Positions 34,634-44,720 of a DNA stretch of 64,000 nt are shown here, one piece after another. A program made the translations under genes and the position numbers. Position 1 is the stretch's first letter, and every line of letters begins with the position of its first letter. The notes under the pieces were generated by a model, which worked only from the letters and a program-made list of their open reading frames with translations, was not told the origin of the DNA and did no database searches. This DNA is from an uncultured Bacteroidales bacterium. GTDB lineage: Bacteria; Bacteroidota; Bacteroidia; Bacteroidales; Paludibacteraceae. The stretch spans positions 2,651-66,650 of the forward strand of contig CAMHQP010000001.1 of assembly GCA_946187555.1 (NCBI GenBank), in the 5' to 3' direction.

Positions 34634-36007
34634 ATGAGTTTAGTTAAATCTATTTCCGGTATCCGTGGCACGATAGGCGGGCGCGTAGGCGAGGGTTTGA
34701 ACCCCGTAGATATCGTTCGTTTTACGGCAGCGTATGCCACGCAGCGTCGCGCAGCGATGCCTGATAATAACATCATCGTCGTCGGCCGTGATGCCCGCTT
34801 GAGCGGTCACATGGTCGAGAGTATCGTTTGCGGTACACTCATGGGTATGGGATACGATGTGATCAATATCGGTCTTGCCACTACCCCGACTACCGAACTG
34901 GCCGTCACCGGCGAGAAAGCAGCCGGAGGTATCATCCTCACCGCCAGCCATAATCCCAAACAATGGAACGCCCTCAAGTTACTGAACGAGAAGGGTGAGT
35001 TCCTCAATGATGCCGAGGGCAAAGGCGTACTGGCGATTGCCGAAGCGGAAGACTTCACGTTCGCGGAGGTGGATGCCTTAGGCCATATGACCCACAAGGA
35101 CTATCTGCCCTATCATGTACAACAAGTGTTGGATTTGAAATTAGTGGATGTAGAGGCTATCAAGAAACGCAATTTCACCGTGGCTATCGACTGTGTCAAT
35201 TCTGTAGGCGGACTCGCTATACCGGCTATCTTGAAAGCTGTTGGTGTGAATAACATCATCGAACTGAACTGCACGCCAAACGGCCATTTCCCGCATAACC
35301 CCGAACCCCTTCCGCAGCACTTGACTGAGATTAGTGATCTGCTGAAGTCCGGCAAAGCGGATGTGGGTTTTGTAGTCGATCCGGATGTCGATCGTTTGGC
35401 CATTATCTGCGAGAACGGTGATATGTTTGGCGAGGAATACACACTGGTGAGCGTAGCGGATTATATCCTGCGTCACACGCCGGGTAACACTGTTAGCAAC
35501 ATGTCATCCACTCGTGCTTTGAGCGATGTAACGGCCAAGCATGGTGGTGAGTACAGTGCCAGTGCGGTAGGCGAAGTGAACGTGGTAGCGGAGATGAAGC
35601 GTGTGAATGCCGTTATCGGTGGTGAAGGCAACGGCGGTGTCATCTATCCCGCATGCCATTATGGACGTGATGCGCTGGTGGGTATCGCGCTTTTCCTCAG
35701 TCATCTGGCGCACCTCAATATGAAAGTGAGCGAACTGCGCCGTACCCTACCCGATTACTGCATCAGTAAGAACCGTATCGACCTCACTCCTGACACCGAT
35801 GTGGATGCTATCTTGGCGCGCGTAAAAGAACTCTATAAGAACGAACGCGTGAACGATAAAGACGGTGTGAAGATTGATTTTAAAGACGGTTGGGTACACC
35901 TGCGTAAGTCCAATACCGAACCCATCATCCGCGTTTATTCGGAAGCAGCCACGATGGACGAGGCAAATGCACTCGCACAGAAAGTGATCGATGTCGTTAA
36001 ACAATAA
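34634..36007 (+). CDS. glmM: phosphoglucosamine mutase (alpha-D-phosphohexomutase family)
   Basis: 457 aa. SGIRGT start, active-site TASHNP, metal loop VDPDVDR, GGEGNGG sugar-binding loop. Confidence 0.8.
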   Translation: MSLVKSISGIRGTIGGRVGEGLNPVDIVRFTAAYATQRRAAMPDNNIIVVGRDARLSGHMVESIVCGTLMGMGYDVINIGLATTPTTELAVTGEKAAGGIILTASHNPKQWNALKLLNEKGEFLNDAEGKGVLAIAEAEDFTFAEVDALGHMTHKDYLPYHVQQVLDLKLVDVEAIKKRNFTVAIDCVNSVGGLAIPAILKAVGVNNIIELNCTPNGHFPHNPEPLPQHLTEISDLLKSGKADVGFVVDPDVDRLAIICENGDMFGEEYTLVSVADYILRHTPGNTVSNMSSTRALSDVTAKHGGEYSASAVGEVNVVAEMKRVNAVIGGEGNGGVIYPACHYGRDALVGIALFLSHLAHLNMKVSELRRTLPDYCISKNRIDLTPDTDVDAILARVKELYKNERVNDKDGVKIDFKDGWVHLRKSNTEPIIRVYSEAATMDEANALAQKVIDVVKQ

Positions 36008-36020
36008 TCCCTAACCGAAC

Positions 36021-37121
36021 ATCGCTAATCGATATTTCATTATAGCAGGCGAAGCCTCGGGTGATCTGCATGCAGCTCAACTGATCGAGCAGATTAAGCG
36101 GCAAGATCCCGAAGCGCAGATAAGCGGCCTCGGCGGCGACCGAATGAGTGCCGCCGGGTGCCGTCTATACCGGCATATACGGCATATGGCCTTCATGGGC
36201 TTCGTTGCTGTCATACGCCATTGGAAAGACGTACGGGATAACTTCCGTATCACCCGTCAGGCCTTGCTGGACGAAAAGCCCGATGCTCTCATCCTCATTG
36301 ACTACCCCTCTTTCAACCTGCAGATAGCATCGTTCTGCAAACGCCATCTTCCCAACACAAAAATCTACTATTATATCCCGCCGAAAGTGTGGGCGTGGAA
36401 GCGTAGACGCATTCATATGATTGCCCGCTTATGCGACGAGGTACTGGGTATCTTTCCCTTTGAACCCGCTTTCTATGCGAAGTACGGCTATACGTGCCGC
36501 TATGTCGGCAATCCGACTGCGGAGGAATTATCTAGGGTACCTAGGGTGCCTAGGAGTCCTGGAATCCTAGCCATCCTCCCCGGCTCGCGTCCTTCGGAGA
36601 TCAGTCATTGCTTACCGAAGATGTTAGAGGCCGCGCGTCGTTTTCCGGACTACGCCATTACCGTCTGTGCAGCGCCGGGTATCAGCGACGATTTCTATTC
36701 TCCTTATTTAAACGCGCGCGACACGCTCACGCGTGATACCTATGCCACCGTCCAATCGGCCTCAGCAGCAATCGTCAACTCCGGTACGGCTACGTTGGAG
36801 ACCGCGCTCTTAGGTTGTCCGCAAGTAGCAGTGTATCACCTAGCGTGCGCCCAGTTGTTGGGTATGATACGATGGGCACAACCGCTTGTCTTCTCCATCA
36901 AATACTTCACCCTCGTCAATATCATCGAAGGAAAAGAGGTCATCAAAGAATGCGTGGCCAATGAGTTTACGGTGGACAAAATAGCAGCCGAACTGCATCG
37001 GTTGTTGACGGACGAAGCATATAAAAAAGAGATGCTCGCATCGTACGAACATCTCCATTCTCTTTTGGGTTCTTCTGCGGCTTCTGAGACCGCTGCGTCT
37101 ATCATCACATCGAGACAATAA
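36021..37121 (+). CDS. lpxB: lipid-A-disaccharide synthase; start codon uncertain (no in-frame ATG/GTG/TTG before the conserved N-terminus)
   Basis: The frame is open from the TAA at 36012-36014. It encodes ...RYFIIAGEASGDLHAAQLI..., the conserved LpxB N-terminal motif, 100 nt upstream of the first ATG (36144). Only ATC (36021), ATT (36039) and ATA (36042) are available. Confidence 0.75.
   Translation: MANRYFIIAGEASGDLHAAQLIEQIKRQDPEAQISGLGGDRMSAAGCRLYRHIRHMAFMGFVAVIRHWKDVRDNFRITRQALLDEKPDALILIDYPSFNLQIASFCKRHLPNTKIYYYIPPKVWAWKRRRIHMIARLCDEVLGIFPFEPAFYAKYGYTCRYVGNPTAEELSRVPRVPRSPGILAILPGSRPSEISHCLPKMLEAARRFPDYAITVCAAPGISDDFYSPYLNARDTLTRDTYATVQSASAAIVNSGTATLETALLGCPQVAVYHLACAQLLGMIRWAQPLVFSIKYFTLVNIIEGKEVIKECVANEFTVDKIAAELHRLLTDEAYKKEMLASYEHLHSLLGSSAASETAASIITSRQ
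36532..36575. repeat. degenerate 9-nt tandem array CTAGGGTAC CTAGGGTGC CTAGGAGTC CTGGAATC CTAGCCATC
   Basis: Read directly. In frame in lpxB, encoding SRVPRVPRSPGILAI. Confidence 0.85.
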
Positions 37122-37383
37122 GTGCGGCCAGCACATATGGCATAGCACCCGCTAACACGCCTTTGGAAAGGCGCCATGTATCCGTCGTGTAAAAGACAAA
37201 GATAAGCGCTAAGTCCGGAAATACACTCACCAGCAATAGTTTACTCAATACCCCGCCGGCTTGAAACTGCAGCGTTTGCAGCGGATACCATAGGTTCATC
37301 ACCTCGATATACGTCAGTCCGAAGGCGGCCGGTAAGATCAGCCCTATCAGTATGCCTATCCAATAGCGGTCAAAGCGATCCAT
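37105..37383 (-). CDS. small membrane protein, unknown function
   Basis: 92 aa and 3 predicted helices. Overlaps the surE 3' end by 14 nt and the convergent lpxB 3' end by 17 nt. Confidence 0.5.
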   Translation of the reverse strand: MDRFDRYWIGILIGLILPAAFGLTYIEVMNLWYPLQTLQFQAGGVLSKLLLVSVFPDLALIFVFYTTDTWRLSKGVLAGAMPYVLAALIVSM

Positions 37384-38113
37384 AGTCTGTCCAATCGATG
37401 GTAAGCGGCGTGATGGCTAACAGCTGATGCTCCACCGCCCACATATCCGTATCGGTTTCTGAGGGTTCGTCATTCACAAACTCTCCGCCTAATTTCCATG
37501 CCTTGAGTACACCTTCGGGCTTTTGATCTATCTCCACTAACTCATTCGCCCAATGTCCTATGCATTCTCTCGTCCAGCGGATACCTTCTATCTCACCCAC
37601 CGGCGCATTGATATTGAAGCAGGTGCGCGGCGCAATACCTTCTTCATACAGGTGTTGGGTCACCTCCACCAAGAACGGCTGCAACCAATGCAGATCGACG
37701 TCCATCTCGTGGCTGTTGATGGACCATCCGATAGCCGGTATACCTTTCTCCGCCGCCACAAGGCATGCACCGATCGTACCGGAATACATCGTGTTGACCG
37801 AGGCATTGGAGCCGTGGTTAATACCGGAGACTACCAAGTCAATCTTCTTGTCGCGGAACAAGTACTCGCGGGCTATCTTAATACAATCCGCCGGCGTACC
37901 GTTCGTCACATACACCTCTGCGCCGTTGAGATCATGCTCCTCAACCCGACGCAGATACATCGGCGTGGCGGCACTGATAGCGGCACCGAAACCGCTACGC
38001 GGACTATCCGGGCATACCACCGTCACATGACCCATCTTGGTCATCTCCTTGGCTAACAAACGGATACCCGCTGTGCCCCAACCATCATCATTGACTACTA
38101 CTATCTCCATCAT
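37370..38113 (-). CDS. surE: 5'/3'-nucleotidase SurE
   Basis: 247 aa. N-terminal IVVVNDDGWGTAGIRLL and SGINHGSN blocks. Confidence 0.9.
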   Translation of the reverse strand: MMEIVVVNDDGWGTAGIRLLAKEMTKMGHVTVVCPDSPRSGFGAAISAATPMYLRRVEEHDLNGAEVYVTNGTPADCIKIAREYLFRDKKIDLVVSGINHGSNASVNTMYSGTIGACLVAAEKGIPAIGWSINSHEMDVDLHWLQPFLVEVTQHLYEEGIAPRTCFNINAPVGEIEGIRWTRECIGHWANELVEIDQKPEGVLKAWKLGGEFVNDEPSETDTDMWAVEHQLLAITPLTIDWTDYGSL

Positions 38114-40914
38114 TCCGGGAACATTACCACTTCAAACATATTACCCGCCGAAACCAGTTTCTTCAGGGTCTCTTGCACCGTTTCCGCCGTGATGGCTTCT
38201 ACGGCTGCTTTGTAGTCGCGGATATTATTCATACCGTACATGTAATACATACAGATTGAGTTCCTCCAGTAGGGATTCTTCTCCAGATTCTCTTGGAAGT
38301 CCTTGAGCATCGACTCTTTCTCTTTCAACAGGTCGGTAGCTAACGGACCATCGGCAATGATCGTATTCACCTCTTCATGGATAATCTCCATCAGACGCTC
38401 CTGTTTCTTCGGATTGGTATCAAATTGCATAATCAGTCCGGCACGAGGTACCGGAAGAGCGACCATGTAACCGTAAGTACCTACGCCATATGAACCACCT
38501 TCGCGCTCACGTATCGACTCCAGGTAACGGGTACTCAGGATACGACCGATCATCTCCATGTTGAGGTCATTCGCCATCGTGTAAGGCATGTCGTAGGAGG
38601 TGTACTGGATGCGGTTGGAAGCCGTGGTGGTCTCCATCTGACGGCTGAAATAGTTTTTCTGTTGACCGAGCGTAACAGTCACATGATGGTCAATAACCTC
38701 CTCGTGTTGGCACTTACTGGTCTTCATACCACCCAGCCATTGGCAGATCAAATCCTTTACTTTGGCATCCTCGGGGTTGATATTGCCAACAAACACAAAC
38801 GTGAAGTCTGCCGGGTTGGCAAAACGGGCTTTGTAGATCTCGAGTGCTTTGTCCAGATGCACTTTCTCCAGCAATTCCATATTGTACAGCGGTGCACGCT
38901 CCGAGTGGTTATGACTCATCAGTTGCACAGAATCCGAGAATGCCATTCTCGGGCTCTTGCTACGATTCGCTAATTGGTTCTTGAGCAGTCCCATTAAGGT
39001 CTCATACGCCTGCTCATCGCGACGCGGTGCGGTGAAATAGAGATAGGTCAGTTGCAGCATCGTTTCCAGATCCTTTACAGACGCTGAACCATGCATACGT
39101 TCCATACAATCCGAGATCTCCGGTTCCACAGAAACAGTCTTTCCGGTGAGTGCTTTCTCCAACTGCGTGCGGTTGAAACGACCTATACCCGAGTATTCTA
39201 TTACATAGGTAGCCACTTCTGCCGAAGGCAGATCGGCTGTCTTCACCTGACTAAGACCTCCCTTTGAGAAAGCCTGCATCAGGATCTCGTCCGCTTTGTA
39301 CTCCGTCGGGTGGAAAATCACCTTAATACCGTTGGACAACATCCATTCAGTGGACTCGATCTCCTCGTTATAACGCATCGATTTGATCTTTCCTTTGCGC
39401 GGTGCTTTCTTCACCAACTCGGTGTCAATCTGCTCCTCTTTCGGTGCCTCGATAGCTAATTCGCTCTGTCCGGCAAGGGAAGCCAATATAGCCTCTTCGG
39501 AAGGAATATGAACGCCCTCTTTCTCCGGTGCAGAAATAGCCACGGTCGGATTAACATGCACCAGTGCCTTCGCCAGGTTATTCACCGTCTCCAGACTAAC
39601 CATCGGCAGTACGGCTTGCACAAAATCGTACTCCCATTGCATGCCGGGCATCGACTCTCCGTTCTCGAAATGACGGATACACTCACGGGCAAGGCTGATG
39701 TTACGGCGTGTGTTACGCTCGTTATACATCTTCTCCCACGTATTGAGCTTCTCGGTCTTCACACGGTCTAACTCGCTCTGGGTAAAACCATACCGATGCA
39801 GTTTCTCTAATTGGTAGAGCAGGTCATTGAACGCCTCCGTCTCTCGTCCCTCTTTCGGGATTGAGATAGCATAGAAAGCATCCATTTTCTTCGCTGCCTG
39901 GTCGTAGTAACAACCGGCTCCGGTGAACGATGCCTTCGGATCGAGTGCCAGTTCTGCAAAGCGGTTATCCAGCATGTCGCACGCCAGACCGCGTACCATC
40001 GATAACATGTATTCCTGCGCCGTACCTTGCATCATCTCAGGCAGTTGGTCGAACTTATACTCGATGGTTATACGACTTCCCTCTGCTTCCGGATCGGTCA
40101 CGATAGCCACGAGCGGCTTATCGTTATGATTGACCGTATAGATAGGACGCTCGCCATAATTAGCACGACGCGGTACCTCTGCCCACAGCGCTTTGATCTT
40201 CGCCTCGATGCTATCCACATCGATATCTCCCACTACAATGATAGCCTGGTTGTCAGGTCCGTACCATTTATGGTAGTAGTCGCGCAGAGCCTGATAAGCG
40301 AAGTTATTGATGACAGCCGTATCACCGATCACGTCGCGTTTGGCATACTGCGTACCCGGGTACATCTTCGCCGTCAACTCTCTGCTCATACGACGACGCG
40401 CCGTACGACCGGTACGCCATTCCTCAAGAATGACTCCGCGTTCTGCGTCAATCTCCTCGTCCAAGAGCAACAGACCACAACTCCAATCGTGCATCACTAG
40501 CAGCGCACTGTCGATGATTCCTTCACGGTAGGTCGGTACGTCACTCAGACGATAGACCGTCTCGTCAATCGAGGTGTAGGCGTTGATGTTTCCGCCGAAG
40601 TTAACACCCACGGACTCAAAGTAATTGATGATCCCCTTGCCCGGGAAATGTTGGGTTCCGTTAAACGCCATGTGCTCCAAGAAATGCGCCAGACCGTTTT
40701 GATGGTCCTCTTCGAGGATAGCACCTACCGCCTGCGCGATATGGAACTCACAACGCTGCTTCGGCTGCTCGTTATGACGAATGTAATAGGTCAATCCGTT
40801 ATCTAACTTACCGTAACGGACATCCGGATCCATCGGCAGTTTCTCCGGCGCTTCTTGCGCCCACACCATCATCGCTGCGCACAGCAGCACGATGTTAAGC
40901 ATCAGTTTTCTCAT
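38110..40914 (-). CDS. M16-family (insulinase-like) zinc peptidase, secreted
   Basis: The start at 40914 gives signal peptide [21 protein letters not shown]. The track ORF extends further upstream through the ftsH tail. HxxEH motif GLAHFLEHMAFNG. Two M16 halves. 934 aa. Confidence 0.88.
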   Translation of the reverse strand: MRKLMLNIVLLCAAMMVWAQEAPEKLPMDPDVRYGKLDNGLTYYIRHNEQPKQRCEFHIAQAVGAILEEDHQNGLAHFLEHMAFNGTQHFPGKGIINYFESVGVNFGGNINAYTSIDETVYRLSDVPTYREGIIDSALLVMHDWSCGLLLLDEEIDAERGVILEEWRTGRTARRRMSRELTAKMYPGTQYAKRDVIGDTAVINNFAYQALRDYYHKWYGPDNQAIIVVGDIDVDSIEAKIKALWAEVPRRANYGERPIYTVNHNDKPLVAIVTDPEAEGSRITIEYKFDQLPEMMQGTAQEYMLSMVRGLACDMLDNRFAELALDPKASFTGAGCYYDQAAKKMDAFYAISIPKEGRETEAFNDLLYQLEKLHRYGFTQSELDRVKTEKLNTWEKMYNERNTRRNISLARECIRHFENGESMPGMQWEYDFVQAVLPMVSLETVNNLAKALVHVNPTVAISAPEKEGVHIPSEEAILASLAGQSELAIEAPKEEQIDTELVKKAPRKGKIKSMRYNEEIESTEWMLSNGIKVIFHPTEYKADEILMQAFSKGGLSQVKTADLPSAEVATYVIEYSGIGRFNRTQLEKALTGKTVSVEPEISDCMERMHGSASVKDLETMLQLTYLYFTAPRRDEQAYETLMGLLKNQLANRSKSPRMAFSDSVQLMSHNHSERAPLYNMELLEKVHLDKALEIYKARFANPADFTFVFVGNINPEDAKVKDLICQWLGGMKTSKCQHEEVIDHHVTVTLGQQKNYFSRQMETTTASNRIQYTSYDMPYTMANDLNMEMIGRILSTRYLESIREREGGSYGVGTYGYMVALPVPRAGLIMQFDTNPKKQERLMEIIHEEVNTIIADGPLATDLLKEKESMLKDFQENLEKNPYWRNSICMYYMYGMNNIRDYKAAVEAITAETVQETLKKLVSAGNMFEVVMFPE

Positions 40915-42958
40915 TATCTTCTGTTTTTTGAGTTTCTTCTTTCTTTTTACGCGTCGCACGTTTCTTCGGTTTGGCCGCTTTCTCTGCCTCGGCAATAGCC
41001 GCATTGACTTCCAGCAATTCGTCTCCGCGACTCTTCCATGGACGAGGCCCAAGGATACGCTCTACATCTTCCGACGTGATCACTTCACGGTCAATAAGCA
41101 GTTGCGCAATCTGATGATGTCCTTCTGCGTTGTCCGTCAATATCTGCTTGGCGCGTGCCATCTGATCGGCAATGATACGCTGAGTCTCTTGATCAATAGT
41201 AGCCGCCGTCTTATCCGAATAAGGCTTCACAAAACCATAGTCGTACCGGCCGGTCGAGTCATAGAAACTGATATCCTTCAGTTTGTCACTCATACCGTAG
41301 TATGCCACCATCGCATAAGCCTGTTTGGTTGCACGCTCCAAGTCGTTGAGTGCACCGGTAGAGGTCTGTTCCAGGAACAACTGCTCTGCCGCACGACCGC
41401 CGAGTAACGAGCATAACTCGTCGAGGATATGCTCCTCGTTGGTCAACTGACGCTCTTCGGGCAGGTACCACGCAGCGCCCAAGGCCATACCACGCGGTAC
41501 GATCGTCACTTTGACGAGCGGATTCGCCCAACGAAGCATCCAACTGATCGTTGCATGACCTGCCTCATGGAAAGCGATAGAGCGTTTCTCCTCTTCGGTC
41601 ATGATCTTGTTCTTACGCTCCAGACCGCCCACGATACGATCGACAGCGTCCATAAAGTCCTGCTTGCCGACTTTCTTGCGTCCGCCACGCGCAGCTATTA
41701 GCGCCGCTTCGTTACATACATTGGCGATGTCGGCACCCGAGAAACCCGGAGTCTGTTTGCTCAAGAAATCGATATCCACCGTCTCATCCAGTTTCAGCGG
41801 ACGGAGATGTACTTGGAAGATCTCCTTACGCTCCTGCAGGTCAGGTAACTCGACATGTATCTGTCGGTCAAAACGTCCGGCACGCAGCAGGGCTGCATCG
41901 AGCACATCAGCGCGGTTAGTAGCCGCCAGAATGATGACACCGGAGTTCGTTCCGAAGCCGTCCATCTCGGTCAGCAACTGGTTAAGCGTACTCTCGCGCT
42001 CATCGTTACCACCGGTCATCACACCCTTTCCGCGCGCGCGACCGATCGCGTCTATCTCGTCGATGAAGATGATAGCCGGTGCTTTCTCTTTGGCCTGACG
42101 GAACAGGTCTCTGACACGACTCGCGCCCACACCCACGAACATCTCCACGAAGTCCGAACCGCTCATCGAGAAGAACGGCACACCGGCTTCGCCGGCCACT
42201 GCTTTGGCGAGCAAGGTCTTACCCGTTCCCGGAGGGCCTACAAGCAATGCGCCTTTAGGAATCTTGGCACCTATCTCCGTGTATTTCTTGGGGTTCTTGA
42301 GGAACTCGACGATCTCCTGTACCTCCTGCTTGGCACCGTACAGACCGGCTACGTCTTCAAACGTCACTTTGTCCTTTTTCTCGCTGTCAAACAACTGTGC
42401 CTGGGCTCTGCCCACGCCGAAGATACCACCGATACCTCCTGCACCGCCGATGCCACGACTCATGTACACAAAGAAGAGGATCAGCAGCGCGAAAGGCAGC
42501 ACATTGACCAATATCAGGTACCAATAGTCGTGCGACTTCGCATACTTGACATCAATAGCCGCCTGACCATCCGCTTTGCGGGCTGCGTTCACACCGCTCA
42601 TGTACTTATCGAACTCCTCAATGGAAGGCACTTGCGTGCGCAGCGTACCTTTGGCTTTCTCGCCATCACCCTGCGTACCAAAAACGAGTGTATAACTCTG
42701 CGGCTTCACCGTAGCTTTGGCCTGCAGGTCGTCCGTCACTTCGATCTTCTCGATTGCACCGGCCTCAATATACGCCGTTAACTTCGTATAACTGAGTTCT
42801 TTGCTCACGCCGTTGCCTTCTTTGTTACCGAAGAAATAGAAGCCGATCAGCGCAAAAGCAAGCGTGTAGAAGAGAAGGCTGATCCATCTTCTCGGCCCGC
42901 TCGGTTGTTGACCTTGCGGTTGTTGCGGCATACGCCGCCTATTCTTGTTATCTGCCAT
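40895..42958 (-). CDS. ftsH: ATP-dependent zinc metalloprotease FtsH
   Basis: 687 aa. Walker A GPPGTGKT, Walker [12 protein letters not shown], zinc site HEAGHA. Lys/Glu-rich tail overlaps the M16 start by 20 nt. Confidence 0.97.
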   Translation of the reverse strand: MADNKNRRRMPQQPQGQQPSGPRRWISLLFYTLAFALIGFYFFGNKEGNGVSKELSYTKLTAYIEAGAIEKIEVTDDLQAKATVKPQSYTLVFGTQGDGEKAKGTLRTQVPSIEEFDKYMSGVNAARKADGQAAIDVKYAKSHDYWYLILVNVLPFALLILFFVYMSRGIGGAGGIGGIFGVGRAQAQLFDSEKKDKVTFEDVAGLYGAKQEVQEIVEFLKNPKKYTEIGAKIPKGALLVGPPGTGKTLLAKAVAGEAGVPFFSMSGSDFVEMFVGVGASRVRDLFRQAKEKAPAIIFIDEIDAIGRARGKGVMTGGNDERESTLNQLLTEMDGFGTNSGVIILAATNRADVLDAALLRAGRFDRQIHVELPDLQERKEIFQVHLRPLKLDETVDIDFLSKQTPGFSGADIANVCNEAALIAARGGRKKVGKQDFMDAVDRIVGGLERKNKIMTEEEKRSIAFHEAGHATISWMLRWANPLVKVTIVPRGMALGAAWYLPEERQLTNEEHILDELCSLLGGRAAEQLFLEQTSTGALNDLERATKQAYAMVAYYGMSDKLKDISFYDSTGRYDYGFVKPYSDKTAATIDQETQRIIADQMARAKQILTDNAEGHHQIAQLLIDREVITSEDVERILGPRPWKSRGDELLEVNAAIAEAEKAAKPKKRATRKKKEETQKTEDNEKTDA

Positions 42959-42960
42959 AC

Positions 42961-43326
42961 TTACAAAATTTCCGGCAGTTCCGTTACCTTACCGTCTGCC
43001 CATAAATGCTCAATATCGTAGAATGCCCGCGGCTCGCGCTGCATGACATGCACAAAGATAGTGCCATAGTCCATTGCAATCCACTCCGCATTCTCTTCGC
43101 CGGCAACGCTCAGCGGGTGTACATGCGTAGTTGTACGCACGAAATCATTGATCTCGTCCGCGATAGCCGATACCTGCGTGTTACTCTGTCCCTCGCAGAT
43201 GACCATCATCTCCACCGGTGCCTCTTTGATCTTCTTCAGATCGATTGTTACAATACGTTGTCCTTTACGATTGCGGATACCTTCAATGATGGTATCCATC
43301 AGTTTTTTTGTTGTTATTTCTTTCAT
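42961..43326 (-). CDS. rsfS: ribosome silencing factor RsfS
   Basis: 121 aa. ...MVICEGQSNTQVSAIAD...EWIAMDYGTIFVHVM...YDIEHLW matches the RsfS/YbeB pattern. Confidence 0.85.
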   Translation of the reverse strand: MKEITTKKLMDTIIEGIRNRKGQRIVTIDLKKIKEAPVEMMVICEGQSNTQVSAIADEINDFVRTTTHVHPLSVAGEENAEWIAMDYGTIFVHVMQREPRAFYDIEHLWADGKVTELPEIL

Positions 43327-43337
43327 TTCAAAATGGT

Positions 43338-44720
43338 TTATTTCGTTGCTCCGCCAAGGGCGATATACAAACCGATCAGCGCTTGCGCTCCGTTGTAGAG
43401 GTTCTCTGCCTCACTCAGTTGTGCTGACAGAAGAGACTCCTGTGCCTTGAGCACCTCGATATAACTTGCCTTACCGGCGTTCATCAGCTCGTGCGTACCG
43501 GTGTAAGCGTCGTGAAGCACCTCCACTTGGCGTTTGTACAGTCCGTCTTTGTCCTTGGCCAACTGACAGTCAGCCAGTGCTTCGTTCACTTGATTACCGG
43601 CATCAATAACGGTCTGGATATAATCATTCAGTTTGTCCTCTTGGTTGAGTTTGGCGATCTTCAATTGCGCGATCAACTTACCTTGCGCGAAGACAGGTTG
43701 CATCACCGAGGCGGCTATTTTCATCAGCAGCGCACCCGGATCGGCACCGTTCTCACCTACCCATCCGAGCAGACCGGTCAGGTTGAACGAAGGATAGAAT
43801 TGTGCCCGAGCCGCAGCGGTGTTATAGAACGCCTCTGCCAGTATCTGGTCTGCCACCTTGATGTCCGGACGGTTCTCCAGCAGCGTAGCCGGCACACCCG
43901 TTCCGAAACGTTCCGGCAGCTTATAATCACCCCATGCCGTACGGGTTATCTGTCGCGGCGTCATACGGAGCAATTTACAGAGCTCATTCTCCGCGGACAG
44001 AATACTACGACGCGTGCTATAGATCTGGTTCTTCACATCCATACACGAACTCTCCATCTGGTTGACAGCGGTCGAGTACGCCTGTCCGTTCTCCCAGAGG
44101 GCGCGCTCCGTTTCCAGCGACTCATTCCAAAGACTATCGGTCTCGATGAGGATCTCCAGTTCTTTATCCAAAATCAGCAATTGGAAATAGTACTGTGCGA
44201 CGGTTGCGATAAGGTTCGCTTGCGTGGCCTCACGTGCCGCTTGAGCTTGTTCGAGTACCGCTTTCGCTTTGCGCTTATTCACCGTCACCGAACCCGATAT
44301 GCCGATGTTCCAATCCAACTGCAGGGGGATGTTATACGAATAACTCATACCCGAACCGCTTCCTGCCGAACCGAACTTGCTCCAGCTCACACCGGCTTGC
44401 GGGTTCAGACTGAGCGAAGGCAGATACGCCAATTTGGCTGCTTTGAGACTCGCCTGTGCTTGCATCACCGCCGACTTAGCCGCCAACATGTCTGTGTTAC
44501 GGGCAAGCGCTGAATCGATGAGTTGTTGCAACTGCGGATCGGTGAAGAACTCACGCCAAGAGATCTCAGCAATAGACGCGTCTTGCAATGCCGCTTGGGC
44601 AATCGAATCACCGCTACCGAACAGGTCTGCCGGCGCATCGTTCTGCGACTGATATTTCTTATAAACGCCACAGGAACACAAAACCAAACCTGCGAGAACT
44701 ATAGTTATGATCTTTTTCAT
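43338..44720 (-). CDS. RND-efflux outer-membrane factor lipoprotein (TolC/NodT family)
   Basis: 460 aa. Lipobox VLCSCG. Two tandem OEP repeats with long coiled-coil segments. ATGA overlap with the pump gene. Confidence 0.85.
   Translation of the reverse strand: MKKIITIVLAGLVLCSCGVYKKYQSQNDAPADLFGSGDSIAQAALQDASIAEISWREFFTDPQLQQLIDSALARNTDMLAAKSAVMQAQASLKAAKLAYLPSLSLNPQAGVSWSKFGSAGSGSGMSYSYNIPLQLDWNIGISGSVTVNKRKAKAVLEQAQAAREATQANLIATVAQYYFQLLILDKELEILIETDSLWNESLETERALWENGQAYSTAVNQMESSCMDVKNQIYSTRRSILSAENELCKLLRMTPRQITRTAWGDYKLPERFGTGVPATLLENRPDIKVADQILAEAFYNTAAARAQFYPSFNLTGLLGWVGENGADPGALLMKIAASVMQPVFAQGKLIAQLKIAKLNQEDKLNDYIQTVIDAGNQVNEALADCQLAKDKDGLYKRQVEVLHDAYTGTHELMNAGKASYIEVLKAQESLLSAQLSEAENLYNGAQALIGLYIALGGATK

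Noticed and set aside
40895-41000. Low-complexity Lys/Glu-rich coding tracts at the FtsH C-terminus (40895-41000) and the RND pump C-terminus (44717-44760), considered as possible repeat elements.
   Set aside because: These are compositionally biased charged tails common in these families. They have no fixed nucleotide period, unlike the heptamer arrays.
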